A stretch of 64,000 nucleotides of DNA from an uncultured bacterium (GTDB lineage: Bacteria > Planctomycetota > SZUA-567 > JAKLDR01): contig CALGYR010000143.1 in assembly GCA_937935355.1 (NCBI GenBank), positions 8,077 through 72,076 of the forward strand, read 5' to 3'. The notes below the pieces were generated by a model, which made no database searches, had not been told where the DNA came from, and was given only the letters and a program-made list of their open reading frames with translations. Positions 1 through 9,300 of this stretch are shown here, one piece after another. The position numbers and the translations under genes are program-made. Each line of letters begins with the position of its first letter. The first letter of the stretch is position 1.

Positions 1-121
1 GTTCGATGACATGCGGCTCGGAGCCCATGTACTCGCGCATGTCGGTGAACGGCTTCCAGGACCTCCGGCGGTCCAGGCGGCGCAGGCGCTCGAGCTCTTT
101 CTTCTTCATGACGGTCGGCAT
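1..121 (-). CDS. hypothetical protein, N-terminal fragment (gene runs off window start)
   Basis: Reverse-complement of 1-121 reads ATG..MPTVMKKKELERLRRLDRRRSWKPFTDMREYMGSEPHVIE with no stop before the window edge. Absent from the ORF track only because it is truncated. Composition is plausible, not Arg/Ala/Pro/Gly-skewed. Confidence 0.3.
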   Translation of the reverse strand, partial: MPTVMKKKELERLRRLDRRRSWKPFTDMREYMGSEPHVIE

Positions 122-224
122 GGCAGGCTGGCTCCGGTCCGGGGACGCCCCCGCGCATGGCGGCGGCGGCAGACGAGCCTATCCGGCGCCGCCGGGCTGT
201 CAACCGCGCCGAGTTGGCAGACTA

Positions 225-314
225 GCCACAGATTAACACAGATGAACACAGATGGATCAGGGCAGATCCGGTCTGACAACTGGTATCTGTGTTCATCGGT
301 GTTCATCTGTGGCT
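225..314. repeat. MITE-like palindromic element, copy 1 (GCCACAGAT(T/G)AACACAGATGAACAC ... GTGTTCATCGGTGTTCATCTGTGGCT)
   Basis: AT-richer ~90-bp inverted repeat in a 70% GC background. The same element recurs at 32615, 44254 and as a half-copy at 46755. Confidence 0.7.
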
Positions 315-439
315 GACTGGCTTCCGGCGGCTGTGCCACTGGTGAAGGCCTTGAGCAGGCCGCGCTCCCGCAGTGGCGCGCCTCGCGCCGCGCCGCTACA
401 ATGTTGGGCAGACCGGACGACGTCGAAAGGAGCCTGCGC

Positions 440-1378
440 GTGACCTTCGCCTTCAAGCCCCTCGTCGAGGGCGTCAGCTACCTGGAGATCACCGACTCGG
501 GCGGGTTCTCGAGCGTCTACATGCTCGGCTCGCCCGGCGACGCGATTATCGTCGACAGCTCGGTCGCCTCGAACGCCGGGGAGCTCATCGCCTCGCTCGA
601 GGCCGCCGGCGTCGGGCCCGGGACGGTGCGGGCGGTCGTCGTCACCCACGGCCACCAGGACCACTTCGGCGGCGCCGGGGCGCTCTCGAAGTGGAGCGGC
701 GCGCCGGTCTGGGCCAGCCTCTCGGCGGCGTTGCAGATGGAGGATCCCTGGGGCTACTTCGCCGCCCCGAACTGCTGGTCGCCGAACGCGACCACCCGAG
801 ACTGGGAGACCTTCCAGAAGGGGGCCGGGGACGGCGCGCGCGCCGGGCGCATCCTCCGCGAGGGCGACGTCGTCGAGCACGCCGGGATGCGCTTCGACGT
901 GCTGCTGCTGCCGGGCCACGACCGCGGAGAGATCGGGCTCTGGGAGCGCTCCCGCCGGCTCGTCTTCACCGGCGACCTGATCCAGGGCGGCATGGACGCC
1001 TCGAAGAACTGGCTGGGCCTCTTCACCGATCCGGCCAGCCAGCGCCAGAGCCTGCAGCGCGTCGCGGCGCTCCGGCCCGAGTGGAACTTCAAGGGCCACC
1101 GCAAGGCGCGCTCGGGCGAGGAGGTCCAGACCGACATCGCCGCGGCCCTCTCGCGGCTCGCCCGCATCGAGGACTCGCTCGGCAAGGCGCTCGCGGAGCG
1201 ATCCCCGGCCTCGCTCGTCGGGCTCACGCGTGCGGCCTTCCGGGGCGTGCTCGGCATGGAGGTCGAGACCCCCGGCAACTACGCCCTGGTGTCGGTGAAC
1301 GCCTTCCTGCTGGACATGGCCCGGCGGGGACTGGCGCGCCAGAACGCCGGGCTCGAGTGGGAGCCGGCAGAACCGTGA
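440..1378 (+). CDS. MBL-fold metallo-hydrolase
   Basis: ORF-track frame 401..1378. It carries the THGHQDH (HxHxDH) metallo-beta-lactamase motif plus downstream His/Asp ligands. AAGGAG lies 7 nt upstream of GTG 440, so 440 is the likely true start (401 ATG is the alternative). Confidence 0.8.
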   Translation: MTFAFKPLVEGVSYLEITDSGGFSSVYMLGSPGDAIIVDSSVASNAGELIASLEAAGVGPGTVRAVVVTHGHQDHFGGAGALSKWSGAPVWASLSAALQMEDPWGYFAAPNCWSPNATTRDWETFQKGAGDGARAGRILREGDVVEHAGMRFDVLLLPGHDRGEIGLWERSRRLVFTGDLIQGGMDASKNWLGLFTDPASQRQSLQRVAALRPEWNFKGHRKARSGEEVQTDIAAALSRLARIEDSLGKALAERSPASLVGLTRAAFRGVLGMEVETPGNYALVSVNAFLLDMARRGLARQNAGLEWEPAEP

Positions 1379-1583
1379 CGTATTCACCGCGGAGGCGCTG
1401 AGACGCAGAGACAGCTTACTGGCCGCGGCTGAGGCTCTCCATACACGGCAGGCCTCAGCCGCGTTCATGACATCCCCCTCTGCGTCTCCGCGCCTCTGCG
1501 GTGAAACCGTCCTGCATCGAAGCAGTCCGACTTCCGCCGGCATCGCTGGCGCGCGGCCGCGGCGCCGGTACAATCGCCTGCGC

Positions 1584-2930
1584 ATGAAGCCTTCCAGCTG
1601 CAGTGTCCTGGTGATCGGCGCCGGTCCGGCCGGGCTCGCCGCGGCCCTGGCCGCCGCGTGCGCCGGGCGTTCGGTCTTGGTCCTCGAGAAGAACGATCGA
1701 CCGGGCCGAAAGCTGCTCCTGACCGGCGGCGGGCGCTGCAACCTCACCGACCCGGGCCGGCCGGCCGTCGAGTTCCTCGAGGCCTTCGGCCGGAGCGGCC
1801 GATTCCTGCGCCAGGCCCTGTCCGCCTTCGACCTCGCCGCGTTCCTGGCCTCCCTCGGAGTGGAGACGGAGGGCGGCGGAAGCGCCCACCCCGCCCCTCG
1901 CCCCCCGCCCCCGGACCCCGTCTACGTCAAAGGCGGCGCCGGGCGGTTCTTAGAGGCGCTCCTGGCCGAGTGCGCTCGGCGCGGCGTGCGCATCGAGACC
2001 GGCGCGGCGGTCGAGTCGGCCCGCCGGCGCGACTCCGGCGGCTTCGAGGTCGAGACCTCGAGAGGGGCATTCTCCTCGTCCGCCCAGCTGGTGATCGCCT
2101 CCGGGGGCATCACCTACTCCTCTACCGGCTCGACCGGCGACGGCTACCGGCTGGCCGGGGCCTTCGGCCACGAGATCGAGCCGCCGCGCTCGGCCCTGGG
2201 CGCGCTCGCCACCGATCCGTGCTTCCCGGAGCTGGCCGGCATCTCCGTGGAGGACGCCGAGATCGCGCTCCTGGCCGGCGGCAAGAAGGCCGCGGCCCGG
2301 ACGCGCGGGGCGCTGCTGCTCACCCACGCGGGCATCTCCGGCCCGGCGGCGCTCGATATGAGCCTGGAGATGGCGCGGCTCGCGGAAGGCAGAAGGCAGA
2401 AGGAAGAAGGCAGAAACGAGGAGGGGCCTGCGGCCGGCGATCCTGTTTCTTCCTTCTGCCTTCTTCCTTCTGCCTTGCCACCGTCTTCCCTTCTGCTCGA
2501 CCTCGCCCCGGCGCTCTCGCGCGAGGAACTGGTGGCCGGCATGGTCGCCCGGGCGCGGGCCGAGACCAAACGGACCCTCGAAAACGCGGGGCTCTCCGGC
2601 CTGCCCGTCCCGGCGCGGCTCTCGGCCGAACTCGCCCGCCGCTCGGGGCTCGACCCCGGCCGGCGGATGGGCTCGCTCTCCGAGCGGGACTTCGGCAACC
2701 TCGCCGGGGCGGCCAAGGCCCTGGCTCTGGCGGTGACCGCGCCGCCGAAGGCCCGCGAGGCCATGGTCACGGTCGGCGGCGTCTCGACGAAGAACCTCGA
2801 TCCCCGGACCCTGGAGAGCCGGTTCGTCCCGGGCCTGCGCTTCGCCGGCGAGCTGCTCTCCCCGGCCGGGCCCTGCGGGGGCTACAACCTGCTCATGGCC
2901 TTCGCCACCGGCACGGCCGCCGGCGGCTGA
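1584..2930 (+). CDS. NAD(P)/FAD-dependent oxidoreductase, HI0933/BaiN-like flavoprotein
   Basis: Inside ORF 1467..2930. Start taken at ATG 1584 (MKPSSCSVLVIGAGPAGLAAAL, a GxGxxG dinucleotide-binding fold). C-terminal ...GGYNLLMAFATG is typical of this family. Contains an in-frame palindromic insertion at 2385-2477. Confidence 0.8.
   Translation: MKPSSCSVLVIGAGPAGLAAALAAACAGRSVLVLEKNDRPGRKLLLTGGGRCNLTDPGRPAVEFLEAFGRSGRFLRQALSAFDLAAFLASLGVETEGGGSAHPAPRPPPPDPVYVKGGAGRFLEALLAECARRGVRIETGAAVESARRRDSGGFEVETSRGAFSSSAQLVIASGGITYSSTGSTGDGYRLAGAFGHEIEPPRSALGALATDPCFPELAGISVEDAEIALLAGGKKAAARTRGALLLTHAGISGPAALDMSLEMARLAEGRRQKEEGRNEEGPAAGDPVSSFCLLPSALPPSSLLLDLAPALSREELVAGMVARARAETKRTLENAGLSGLPVPARLSAELARRSGLDPGRRMGSLSERDFGNLAGAAKALALAVTAPPKAREAMVTVGGVSTKNLDPRTLESRFVPGLRFAGELLSPAGPCGGYNLLMAFATGTAAGG
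2385..2477. repeat. imperfect inverted repeat (arms GGAAGGCAGAAGGCAGAAGGAAGAAGGCAGAAAC / GTTTCTTCCTTCTGCCTTCTTCCTTCTGCCTTGCC) embedded in-frame in the oxidoreductase gene
   Basis: Purine-rich AG arm, ~25-bp spacer, pyrimidine-rich CT arm. It is strongly off-composition for this genome. It encodes RLAEGRRQKEEGRNEEGPAAGDPVSSFCLLPSALPPSS. Confidence 0.7.
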
Positions 2931-2945
2931 TCTTTTCCCCCACCC

Positions 2946-3314
2946 ATGCGCATGTGGATGGTCGATCCCCGCGGGATGTGCCGCCGGCACCTGCTCGGCG
3001 AGCACGTCGAGTGTCACATGTTCCTGGCCACCTTCCGGCTGGGCCGGAGCCTGGCCGGCTACGTCCGGAACGGCCTGGTCGAGCTCGACCGGCTCAAGGC
3101 GCGCCACGACGCGCTCGCCGCCGAGATGCTCCGGCGCGGCTACCGGCACCGCTCGCCGCTCGCGCCCGGCCGGCGACTGCCGGCCATCGGGCAGGTCGAC
3201 CCGGCCGCCAACCGCCGGGAGCTCGCGCGCCGCTGCGCGGAGTGCCGGCGGCGGCTGCATCCGGAGGCAAACCAACCACTAAGACACAAAGGCACAAAGA
3301 GAACACGAAGCTGA
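2946..3314 (+). CDS. pyrimidine-dimer DNA glycosylase (DenV/endonuclease V-like) family protein, tentative
   Basis: N-terminus MRMWMVDPRGMCRRHLLGEHVECH resembles the MRLW..P...L..EH motif of the bacterial Pyr_excise family. The C-terminal tail is encoded by the left arm of hairpin 3269-3360. Confidence 0.45.
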   Translation: MRMWMVDPRGMCRRHLLGEHVECHMFLATFRLGRSLAGYVRNGLVELDRLKARHDALAAEMLRRGYRHRSPLAPGRRLPAIGQVDPAANRRELARRCAECRRRLHPEANQPLRHKGTKRTRS

Positions 3315-3360
3315 GACGGGCTCCTTCGTGTCTGCTTTGTGTCTTGGTGGCTTGGTGGTT
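3269..3360. repeat. imperfect inverted repeat hairpin (AACCAACCACTAAGACACAAAGGCACAAAGAGAACACGAAG ... CTTCGTGTCTGCTTTGTGTCTTGGTGGCTTGGTGGTT)
   Basis: ~40-bp AT-richer arms with a ~10-bp loop. The left arm supplies the last 15 codons and the stop of the DenV-like gene. Likely a terminator or REP-like element. Confidence 0.65.
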
Positions 3361-3450
3361 GAATACGCTCAAAGCGGCTTGACTCGGCCGCGCCGCCGGT
3401 AAGATGCGCTCGGACGCCGGGCTTCCCGGCGCCGGAAGGAGGCTGCCGCC

Positions 3451-4230
3451 GTGATCCGCGTGACCGTCTGGGGCGAGAACGTCCACGAGCAGAAGAGCGA
3501 GGTCGTCCGCAAGGTCTATCCCGAGGGCATGCACGAGTGCATCGCCGCCGGGCTCCGCGAGGACGCGGGTCTCGCGGTGCGCACCGCGACGCTCCAGCAG
3601 CCGGACCACGGCCTGACCCCTGAGGTCCTGGCCGAGACCGACGTGCTCACCTGGTGGGGCCACTGCGCCCACAAGCAGGTCGACGACGCCATCGTCGAGC
3701 GCGTCCAGGAGCGGGTGCTCGGCGGGATGGGGCTGATTGTTCTGCATTCGGGGCACTTCTCGAAGATCTTCAAGCGGCTGATGGGCACGTCCTGCGCGCT
3801 CAAGTGGCGCGAGGCCGGCGAGCGCGAGCGCGTCTGGGTCTGCAATCCCGGCCACGCTATCGCCCGGGGGCTGGGCGAGTGCTTCGAGCTGCCCAACGAG
3901 GAGATGTACGGCGAGCCCTTCGGCATCCCCGCGCCGGACGAGCAGGTCTTCATCGGCTGGTTCGAGGGCGGCGAGGTCTTCCGCTCGGGCTGCTGCTGGC
4001 GCCGCGGGGCCGGCAAGGTCTTCTACTTCCAGCCGGGCCACGAGACCTATCCGATCTACCGCGACGCGAACGTGCAACTCGTGCTCCGCAACGCGGTCAA
4101 CTGGGCCGCGCCCGAGGGCGGCTGGGCCGAGCCGCTTAAAGCCCCCAACGTCCCGGTCGAGAAGGCCCGCGAGAAGCTCACGCCCAAGGGTCCGAGCCTG
4201 CACAAGCCGGGAGAGGCGGGGTTCCGGTAG
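3451..4230 (+). CDS. thuA: ThuA-like trehalose-utilisation family protein (class-I glutamine amidotransferase-like fold)
   Basis: Good match to the ThuA family ([14 protein letters not shown]..., ...LIVLHSGH...). RBS AAGGAGG sits 8 nt before GTG 3451. Confidence 0.8.
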   Translation: MIRVTVWGENVHEQKSEVVRKVYPEGMHECIAAGLREDAGLAVRTATLQQPDHGLTPEVLAETDVLTWWGHCAHKQVDDAIVERVQERVLGGMGLIVLHSGHFSKIFKRLMGTSCALKWREAGERERVWVCNPGHAIARGLGECFELPNEEMYGEPFGIPAPDEQVFIGWFEGGEVFRSGCCWRRGAGKVFYFQPGHETYPIYRDANVQLVLRNAVNWAAPEGGWAEPLKAPNVPVEKAREKLTPKGPSLHKPGEAGFR

Positions 4231-4275
4231 GCTGGGGGCGTCTGCGCGGCGACCGACGCGCGCGTACGGGGCGTA

Positions 4276-4470
4276 ACAACCAACGTCCAACGTCCAACAA
4301 CCAACAGCCAATACGTGGAGAGTTGCTGCTTGTGGCCAAGAGAGGGCGCTGACGCCGGCGCGCCCTCTCGCGGCGGAACAAGTGGCAATAGACTCCCACC
4401 GCATCCATGCCGCGGCAACCCGCGGCATCCTCAGCCTTGTTGCATGTTGGATGTTGGTGGTTGCTGTTCG
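4276..4470. repeat. complex structured palindromic element: outer arms (CAACCAACGTCCAACGTCCAACAACCAACAGCCAA / TTGTTGCATGTTGGATGTTGGTGGTTGCTGTTCG) enclosing two perfect internal hairpins (GAGAGGGCGC..GCGCCCTCTC; ATGCCGCGG..CCGCGGCAT)
   Basis: Nested inverted repeats seen directly. It lies between thuA and tRNA-Lys with no credible ORF. Candidate ncRNA, terminator or MITE. Confidence 0.6.
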
Positions 4471-4522
4471 TCGCGGTCCTTGATTCCCGCGCGGCCCGCG
4501 GCTATACTCCGCGCCGGCCAGA

Positions 4523-4599
4523 GAGGGCGTAGCTCAGCCTGGTAGAGCAACGGCTTTTTAAGCCGTGGGCCGAGGGTTCGAATCCCTCCGCCCTCACCA
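4523..4599 (+). tRNA. tRNA-Lys (anticodon TTT)
   Basis: Manual cloverleaf fold: acceptor GAGGGCG/CGCCCTC, U8, D-arm GCTCAGCCTGGTAGAGC, anticodon arm ACGGC-TTTTTAA-GCCGT, T-arm GAGGG-TTCGAAT-CCCTC, encoded CCA. Coordinates are +/-1. Confidence 0.85.
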
Positions 4600-4705
4600 A
4601 GCCTCGTCCGGCGGGATGCCGAAGCGAGGCTTGGTGCCGCGGCGAAGCCAAGGATGGCGGAGCCGGGCACCAGTCCGGGTTACACCCGAACATCGCCACC
4701 GGGGC

Positions 4706-4783
4706 GACCCCATCGTCTAGCCTGGCCTAGGACATAGGCTTTTCAAGCCTAGAACACGGGTTCAAATCCCGTTGGGGTCGCCA
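4706..4783 (+). tRNA. tRNA-Glu (anticodon TTC)
   Basis: Acceptor GACCCCA/TGGGGTC, D-arm GTCTAGCCTGGCCTAGGAC (matches the tRNA-Glu consensus GTCTAG..GG.C.AGGAC). Anticodon arm TAGGC-TTTTCAA-GCCTA, T-arm ACGGG-TTCAAAT-CCCGT, then G+CCA. Confidence 0.85.
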
Positions 4784-4929
4784 CTGTCGTACCGTACATG
4801 GCAGCTGCCGGGACGATTTTGAACCTCAGCAGTTGCCTTTGCTTTCCGTCCGGCCCAAGATCGCTTTTCAGGGTGGCATCCTGGACCAGCTGGGCCAGGG
4901 CTGCCCTCAACTCGGGGGGCGGCGTAGGT

Positions 4930-5110
4930 GGACGCGGCGAGATAGATAAACTTCCTGTGCTACCTGAAGGGCCGAGGGCTCGAAGGCGTGAAGCTGATCA
5001 CCTCGGACAAGTGCCTTGGGCTGTGGAGCATCTGGGCGAGTTCTGCCGGGAAGGTCCAGCCTGCGCCCTTCTCTTCATTCCATGAAGGCAACAGGGGGTG
5101 CGAGCGGATT
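4930..5110 (+). pseudogene. IS256-family (Mutator-like) transposase remnant, frameshifted/truncated
   Basis: One frame reads ...FLCYLKGRGLEGVKLITSDKCLGL... This resembles the conserved IS256 transposase core (...ERGL.GV.LVISD...GL..AI...W.RC.VHF.RN). Only ~50 codons are recognisable and they are broken across frames. Confidence 0.4.
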
Positions 5111-5261
5111 TCAGGTATAGGGCCTTTCTGTTAGATGCGCCTCACAAGCCTCGTGAATAGAGCGGCTTGCGGCGTGACCCCCTGAGCTCGCGCAGGCGGC
5201 GACCCCCGATTAAGGTATAATTAGCGCAACGTATGCGCAACGCGAGTATCTTCTTTCCGCC

Positions 5262-5290
5262 TTGACAGCATGGGTGCGCATTGCTATATT
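5262..5290 (+). promoter_or_regulatory. sigma70-type promoter (TTGACA-17 bp-TATATT) upstream of the island HEAT gene
   Basis: Near-consensus -35 TTGACA at 5262-5267 and -10 TATATT at 5285-5290, separated by a 17-bp spacer, in an AT-rich tract ~70 bp upstream of ATG 5359. Confidence 0.45.
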
Positions 5291-5358
5291 TCGCGCTCGC
5301 CGTTGAGATGACATCTTGATCTTGAGTCAGCGTAGAGCAGAGGGAGGCCGGTCTGCTG

Positions 5359-6255
5359 ATGCAAGAGAGCCCAGCGAAGCGCCCATGGCTGCGTCCCGTG
5401 GTTTACGGGGCGGTGGCCGTCGTGGCAGCCACGTCGATCTACCTGGTCAAGCACCCGCCATTCCACGCCGAGCTTCCTCCGAAGAAGGAAGTCCCCTACA
5501 CGCCTCCGCCGACCAAGGCTCCGAAGCTCTCCGGCTTCGTGAACCGCGAGGAGGCCTATGAGAAGCGGGTGACGCCTGATATGGACACGAGGCTCCCCGA
5601 GGTCAAGGAGACCCAGGACGTCTCGGCGGTGATCCAAGTGCTGATGGACACCAAGGACAAGGACGCCACCCGGAACGAGGCGGCCAACCTCCTCCGTCGC
5701 TCGGGCAGCAAGGATCTTAGCGGCCGACTCATCCGGATACTCTGGAACCCGCAGGAGGGTGAACGTTTCCGGGGGTTCTGCGTTCAACACCTCTCGCTGA
5801 ACCTCCCCCAGGCGGGGGAAACAGAGAAGGCGGAGATCATCGCCACACTGCATAAATGCCTGGCTGACAAGCACTTATCCGTGCGCCGGGAGGCACTCCT
5901 GGCGCTCTCCTATGCCAATGACGCCGAAGCCCCGAAGGTGGCCGTGAAGTGGCTCTCTGCCTCCGAGGGCGAGGGTGCCCGCGACTTGGCCATCCGTTGT
6001 GTGGAGATCCTCGGGCTCAAGGACCAGATCCCCGAGATCCGGAAGTTCCTCAACTCTTCATCTGAACCCGAGCGCAAGCAGGCGATAGTGGTGCTCAGCC
6101 AGTGGGGCGACGAGGCCAGCCGTCCGGCCATCGAGGAGGCGGCCAAGTCCAAGTCGGTCCAGCTGCAGACCGCCGCCCAGATGGCGCTCAAGCGGCTGGA
6201 TGAGGCGAAGGCTGCCCCGGAGCGGGTCAAGGTTGACAGCGAATCGAAACCGTAA
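5359..6255 (+). CDS. HEAT/PBS-lyase-repeat protein with N-terminal transmembrane anchor
   Basis: TM segment WLRPVVYGAVAVVAATSIYLV. Repeated helical HEAT-like units follow (...LSVRREALLALSYANDAEA..., ...RKQAIVVLSQWGDEAS...). Confidence 0.7.
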   Translation: MQESPAKRPWLRPVVYGAVAVVAATSIYLVKHPPFHAELPPKKEVPYTPPPTKAPKLSGFVNREEAYEKRVTPDMDTRLPEVKETQDVSAVIQVLMDTKDKDATRNEAANLLRRSGSKDLSGRLIRILWNPQEGERFRGFCVQHLSLNLPQAGETEKAEIIATLHKCLADKHLSVRREALLALSYANDAEAPKVAVKWLSASEGEGARDLAIRCVEILGLKDQIPEIRKFLNSSSEPERKQAIVVLSQWGDEASRPAIEEAAKSKSVQLQTAAQMALKRLDEAKAAPERVKVDSESKP

Positions 6256-6331
6256 GGCCAGACAGGCTGGCCGCGGTAATGTGGCAGTGGATCAGTAAGG
6301 TGTGGGGTCAGTGAGATCCGGAGGACTATCC

Positions 6332-9300
6332 ATGAGGAAGTGGAGTTCGGTGCTGGCGGCGTCCCTCGTTGTGTTGGCTGGCGTTCTGAGCGGAGGCCGG
6401 TCCCTGGCCGCAGATTGGGTCCAGGCGTCGAGCTACGCCGATGCCGAGGGAAAGTGGACCTACGAGACGAGGGCCTACGACCTCAACACCGGTACCTATA
6501 GTCCCGACGGCTCGAATCGAGCTGGTTGGGGCGCGGTCTTGAAGCTCAACTACGCCACGCCGGTGGATAGCGACCGCGTGCGGGTGAGCACCGACTTCGG
6601 CTATGGGGTGGTCGACAAGGTCAAGCTGACGGTGACCTATAGCGACGACTCCACCGCCTCGATGGAGTACGGTAGCCCGGTGGTCCAGGACGTCACCTAC
6701 TCGACCCTGACTTTCACCAGGGGCCTGGTCAAGTCGGTCGAGTTCAGCTACCACTATCTATCCTCCGGATGGATCTTCTGGCTCTACGAGTGCCAGCTCT
6801 ACCAGTGCCCGGCAGCCCCCGATCCACTGAGCGGAACCACCCTCGAGCCCTCGAGCATCAACGCCACGAGCGCCGTGCTCCACGGGAAGGTCGTCAGCAA
6901 CGGCGGTCTGCCCTGCTGGGGCCGGTTCGTCTACTGGAAGTCCCCTGAGACCAAGCTCTACACCCCCTGGAGGAGCGACCTCGGCAACAACCAGGAGTTC
7001 ACCGCGGCGGTGAGCGCCCTCGACGAGAACGCCGGCTACGCCTATCAGACGCAGCTGGCGGTCAGCGCCAACCCGGCGGCAGAGGACATCGTCACCTGCG
7101 AGCCGCTCAATGCCTTCACGACCGTCAAGGTCGATGAGACGAGCAGCATTGAGTGGGTGAGCCCGAGCCTCGCCTGGGCCGATGCCGGCACCTGGGAGTT
7201 CGCCGATCAGGGCATGGACGATGACACGGCCACCTTCGCCCGCTGCTTCCACGAGATCGACACCGACACCTGGAGCCCCTTCGTCCACTACAGCACCGAC
7301 CTCCAGTCGAACGGCATCCGCGTTTTCGCATCGGCCACCAACACGGACATGGTGGACATCGACATCCTGAAGGATGGCGTCTGGCAGGATCTCTATCAGG
7401 GCATCTTCACGGGCGGCACCTGGCAGCAGTTCCCCTTCGAAAAGGGGCTGGTGACTGAGGCGAGAATCCGGCTGCATGGGTCGATAGGCTACGCCAGCTT
7501 CTACTGGAACCTGATGGAGGTGGACTTCCATCAGAAGGACGAGCTCCGGACCACCCGTTTCTTCGTGGGGCCTGGCTCCGACTGGAGCAGCGCGGCCAAC
7601 TGGAGCGCGGAGTCGGGCGGAACGGGCGGGGCGAGTGTCCCGGGCACGGGCTGTGTCGCCATCTTCGATGCCAACTCCCCGAACTGCACGCTGAGCGCCA
7701 ATATCAGCGTGGAAGTCATTCGCCTGGAGGCAGGGTACACTGGTGTCTTCGACGCCGTGACCTCCTCGATCACCATCGAGCGCAACCGCGGCTTCGGCGA
7801 GCTCAAGGTCGCTGGCGGCGAGATCCGGCTGGGTAGCGCCACGCACACTATCAAGGACAACCTGCGCGTCGCCGGTGGAACGGTCACCCCTGGCACCTCG
7901 ACGGTCGGCTTCCTGGCCCCCGGCGACGGGAGCTTTGAGGTCGCCGGCAGCGTCGGCCTGAATAACGTCCGCTTCTACCACTCGAACTCCGGCTCCAACA
8001 ACAAGGTCGTGACCATCAATGGCACGGTGACGGCCAATGGCAGCCTGACCATGGAGGGCTACGCCTCGGGTGGCTGGCATCTCTACCTCAATAGCGGCGA
8101 GATCGTCGCCAAGGGTGCGATCAACGGCAACGGCAAGGTGATCCGCGGCACGGCCAACCTCACCGTGGCCGGCGATGCCGCGGACCAGGTCCAGACCAAC
8201 CTCCAGTGGGGCACGAGCGGCACCTACACCGTCAACAAGCCCGCTGGTAAGCTGATCCTTGCCGCCAACGAGAAGTTCGGCGAGACGGCCGACACTAAGG
8301 TGGTCATCAACTCCGAGGTGGATGCGGTCAGCATGCAGCCGACCGTGTGGCTCTGCGGCTACGCCTACGGTGACGTCAAGATTACCGGCAACTTGACCGC
8401 CTGGAATGTCAACTTCTACCGCAACGGCGGCACCGGCACCTCGAACTTCGACCTTAGCTCCGGCACTCTGACAGTCCTCAACACCCTGAACCTTAACATG
8501 ACCGCCGATGGTGGCTGGCGCGTGAACCTGGTCTCCGGCGGGACCGTCGACTGCAAGGGCAACGTGACGATGACCAGTGTCACGGGCGCCTATTGGAGCG
8601 GGGCAACCCTCCGCGTGAGCGGGACCGGCGACCAGAGCATCGCGCTCGGCACGTTGCCGTTGGGCACCACGGTGGTCGATAAGGCCAGCGGCACTGCCTC
8701 CTTTCCGGATGGGCTCAAGAGCACGACCATCACACTGCAGCCGGGCTCAACCGTGGCCTTTGGGGCGGGGAAGACGGTCGGCACCAGCAATATCAGCTGG
8801 CGCGGCGAAGAAGGCCTGAAAATCACCCTGCGCAGCACCGTGGACGGCCAGCGCTGGCTCTTCAAGCTTCCCGAGCGCTACGTCATGGACGAGTGTTACC
8901 TGGAGTGGGTCGACGTGAAGGACAGCGACGCGTCCCTCGGTCAGCCCGCCGTCGTGGCCGTAGCCGGCACCGATTCCGGCAACAACATCAACTGGGACTT
9001 CCTGCTCCCGGTGGATGTCCAGATCACGACCCCGGCCGAGAGCGCCACGAGCCCCGCGTGGGTGGAGGGGACGGTTGGGCCAAATGTGACCGAGATGGAT
9101 GTCTCCGTCAACGGCGGAGCTGCGTTCCCCGCGACGCGTGATGCGGTGATCAAGTGGTTCGCCAACAACTCCACGAACTCCGCCATGGGCGTAGGGCTCT
9201 CGCCCACGGAGGCGACCCAGGTCGTGGTGACTGGGCGCACTTGCACCGGCCGGGAGGCCAGCGCGTCCCAGAACATCGTCTGGGCGGCGACCGACCTCCG

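Noticed and set aside
293-1747. 484-aa minus-strand ORF, with other long ORFs on the same stretch (373..1401 +, 754..1278 -)
   Set aside because: Extreme Arg/Ala/Pro/Gly composition and overlap with the motif-bearing MBL hydrolase gene. A typical high-GC shadow ORF.
1658-4428. Long ORFs 1658..3382 +, 1950..3275 -, 3094..4428 -
   Set aside because: They overlap the oxidoreductase, DenV-like and ThuA genes in alternative frames. Composition is not protein-like (RRRRAPG runs).
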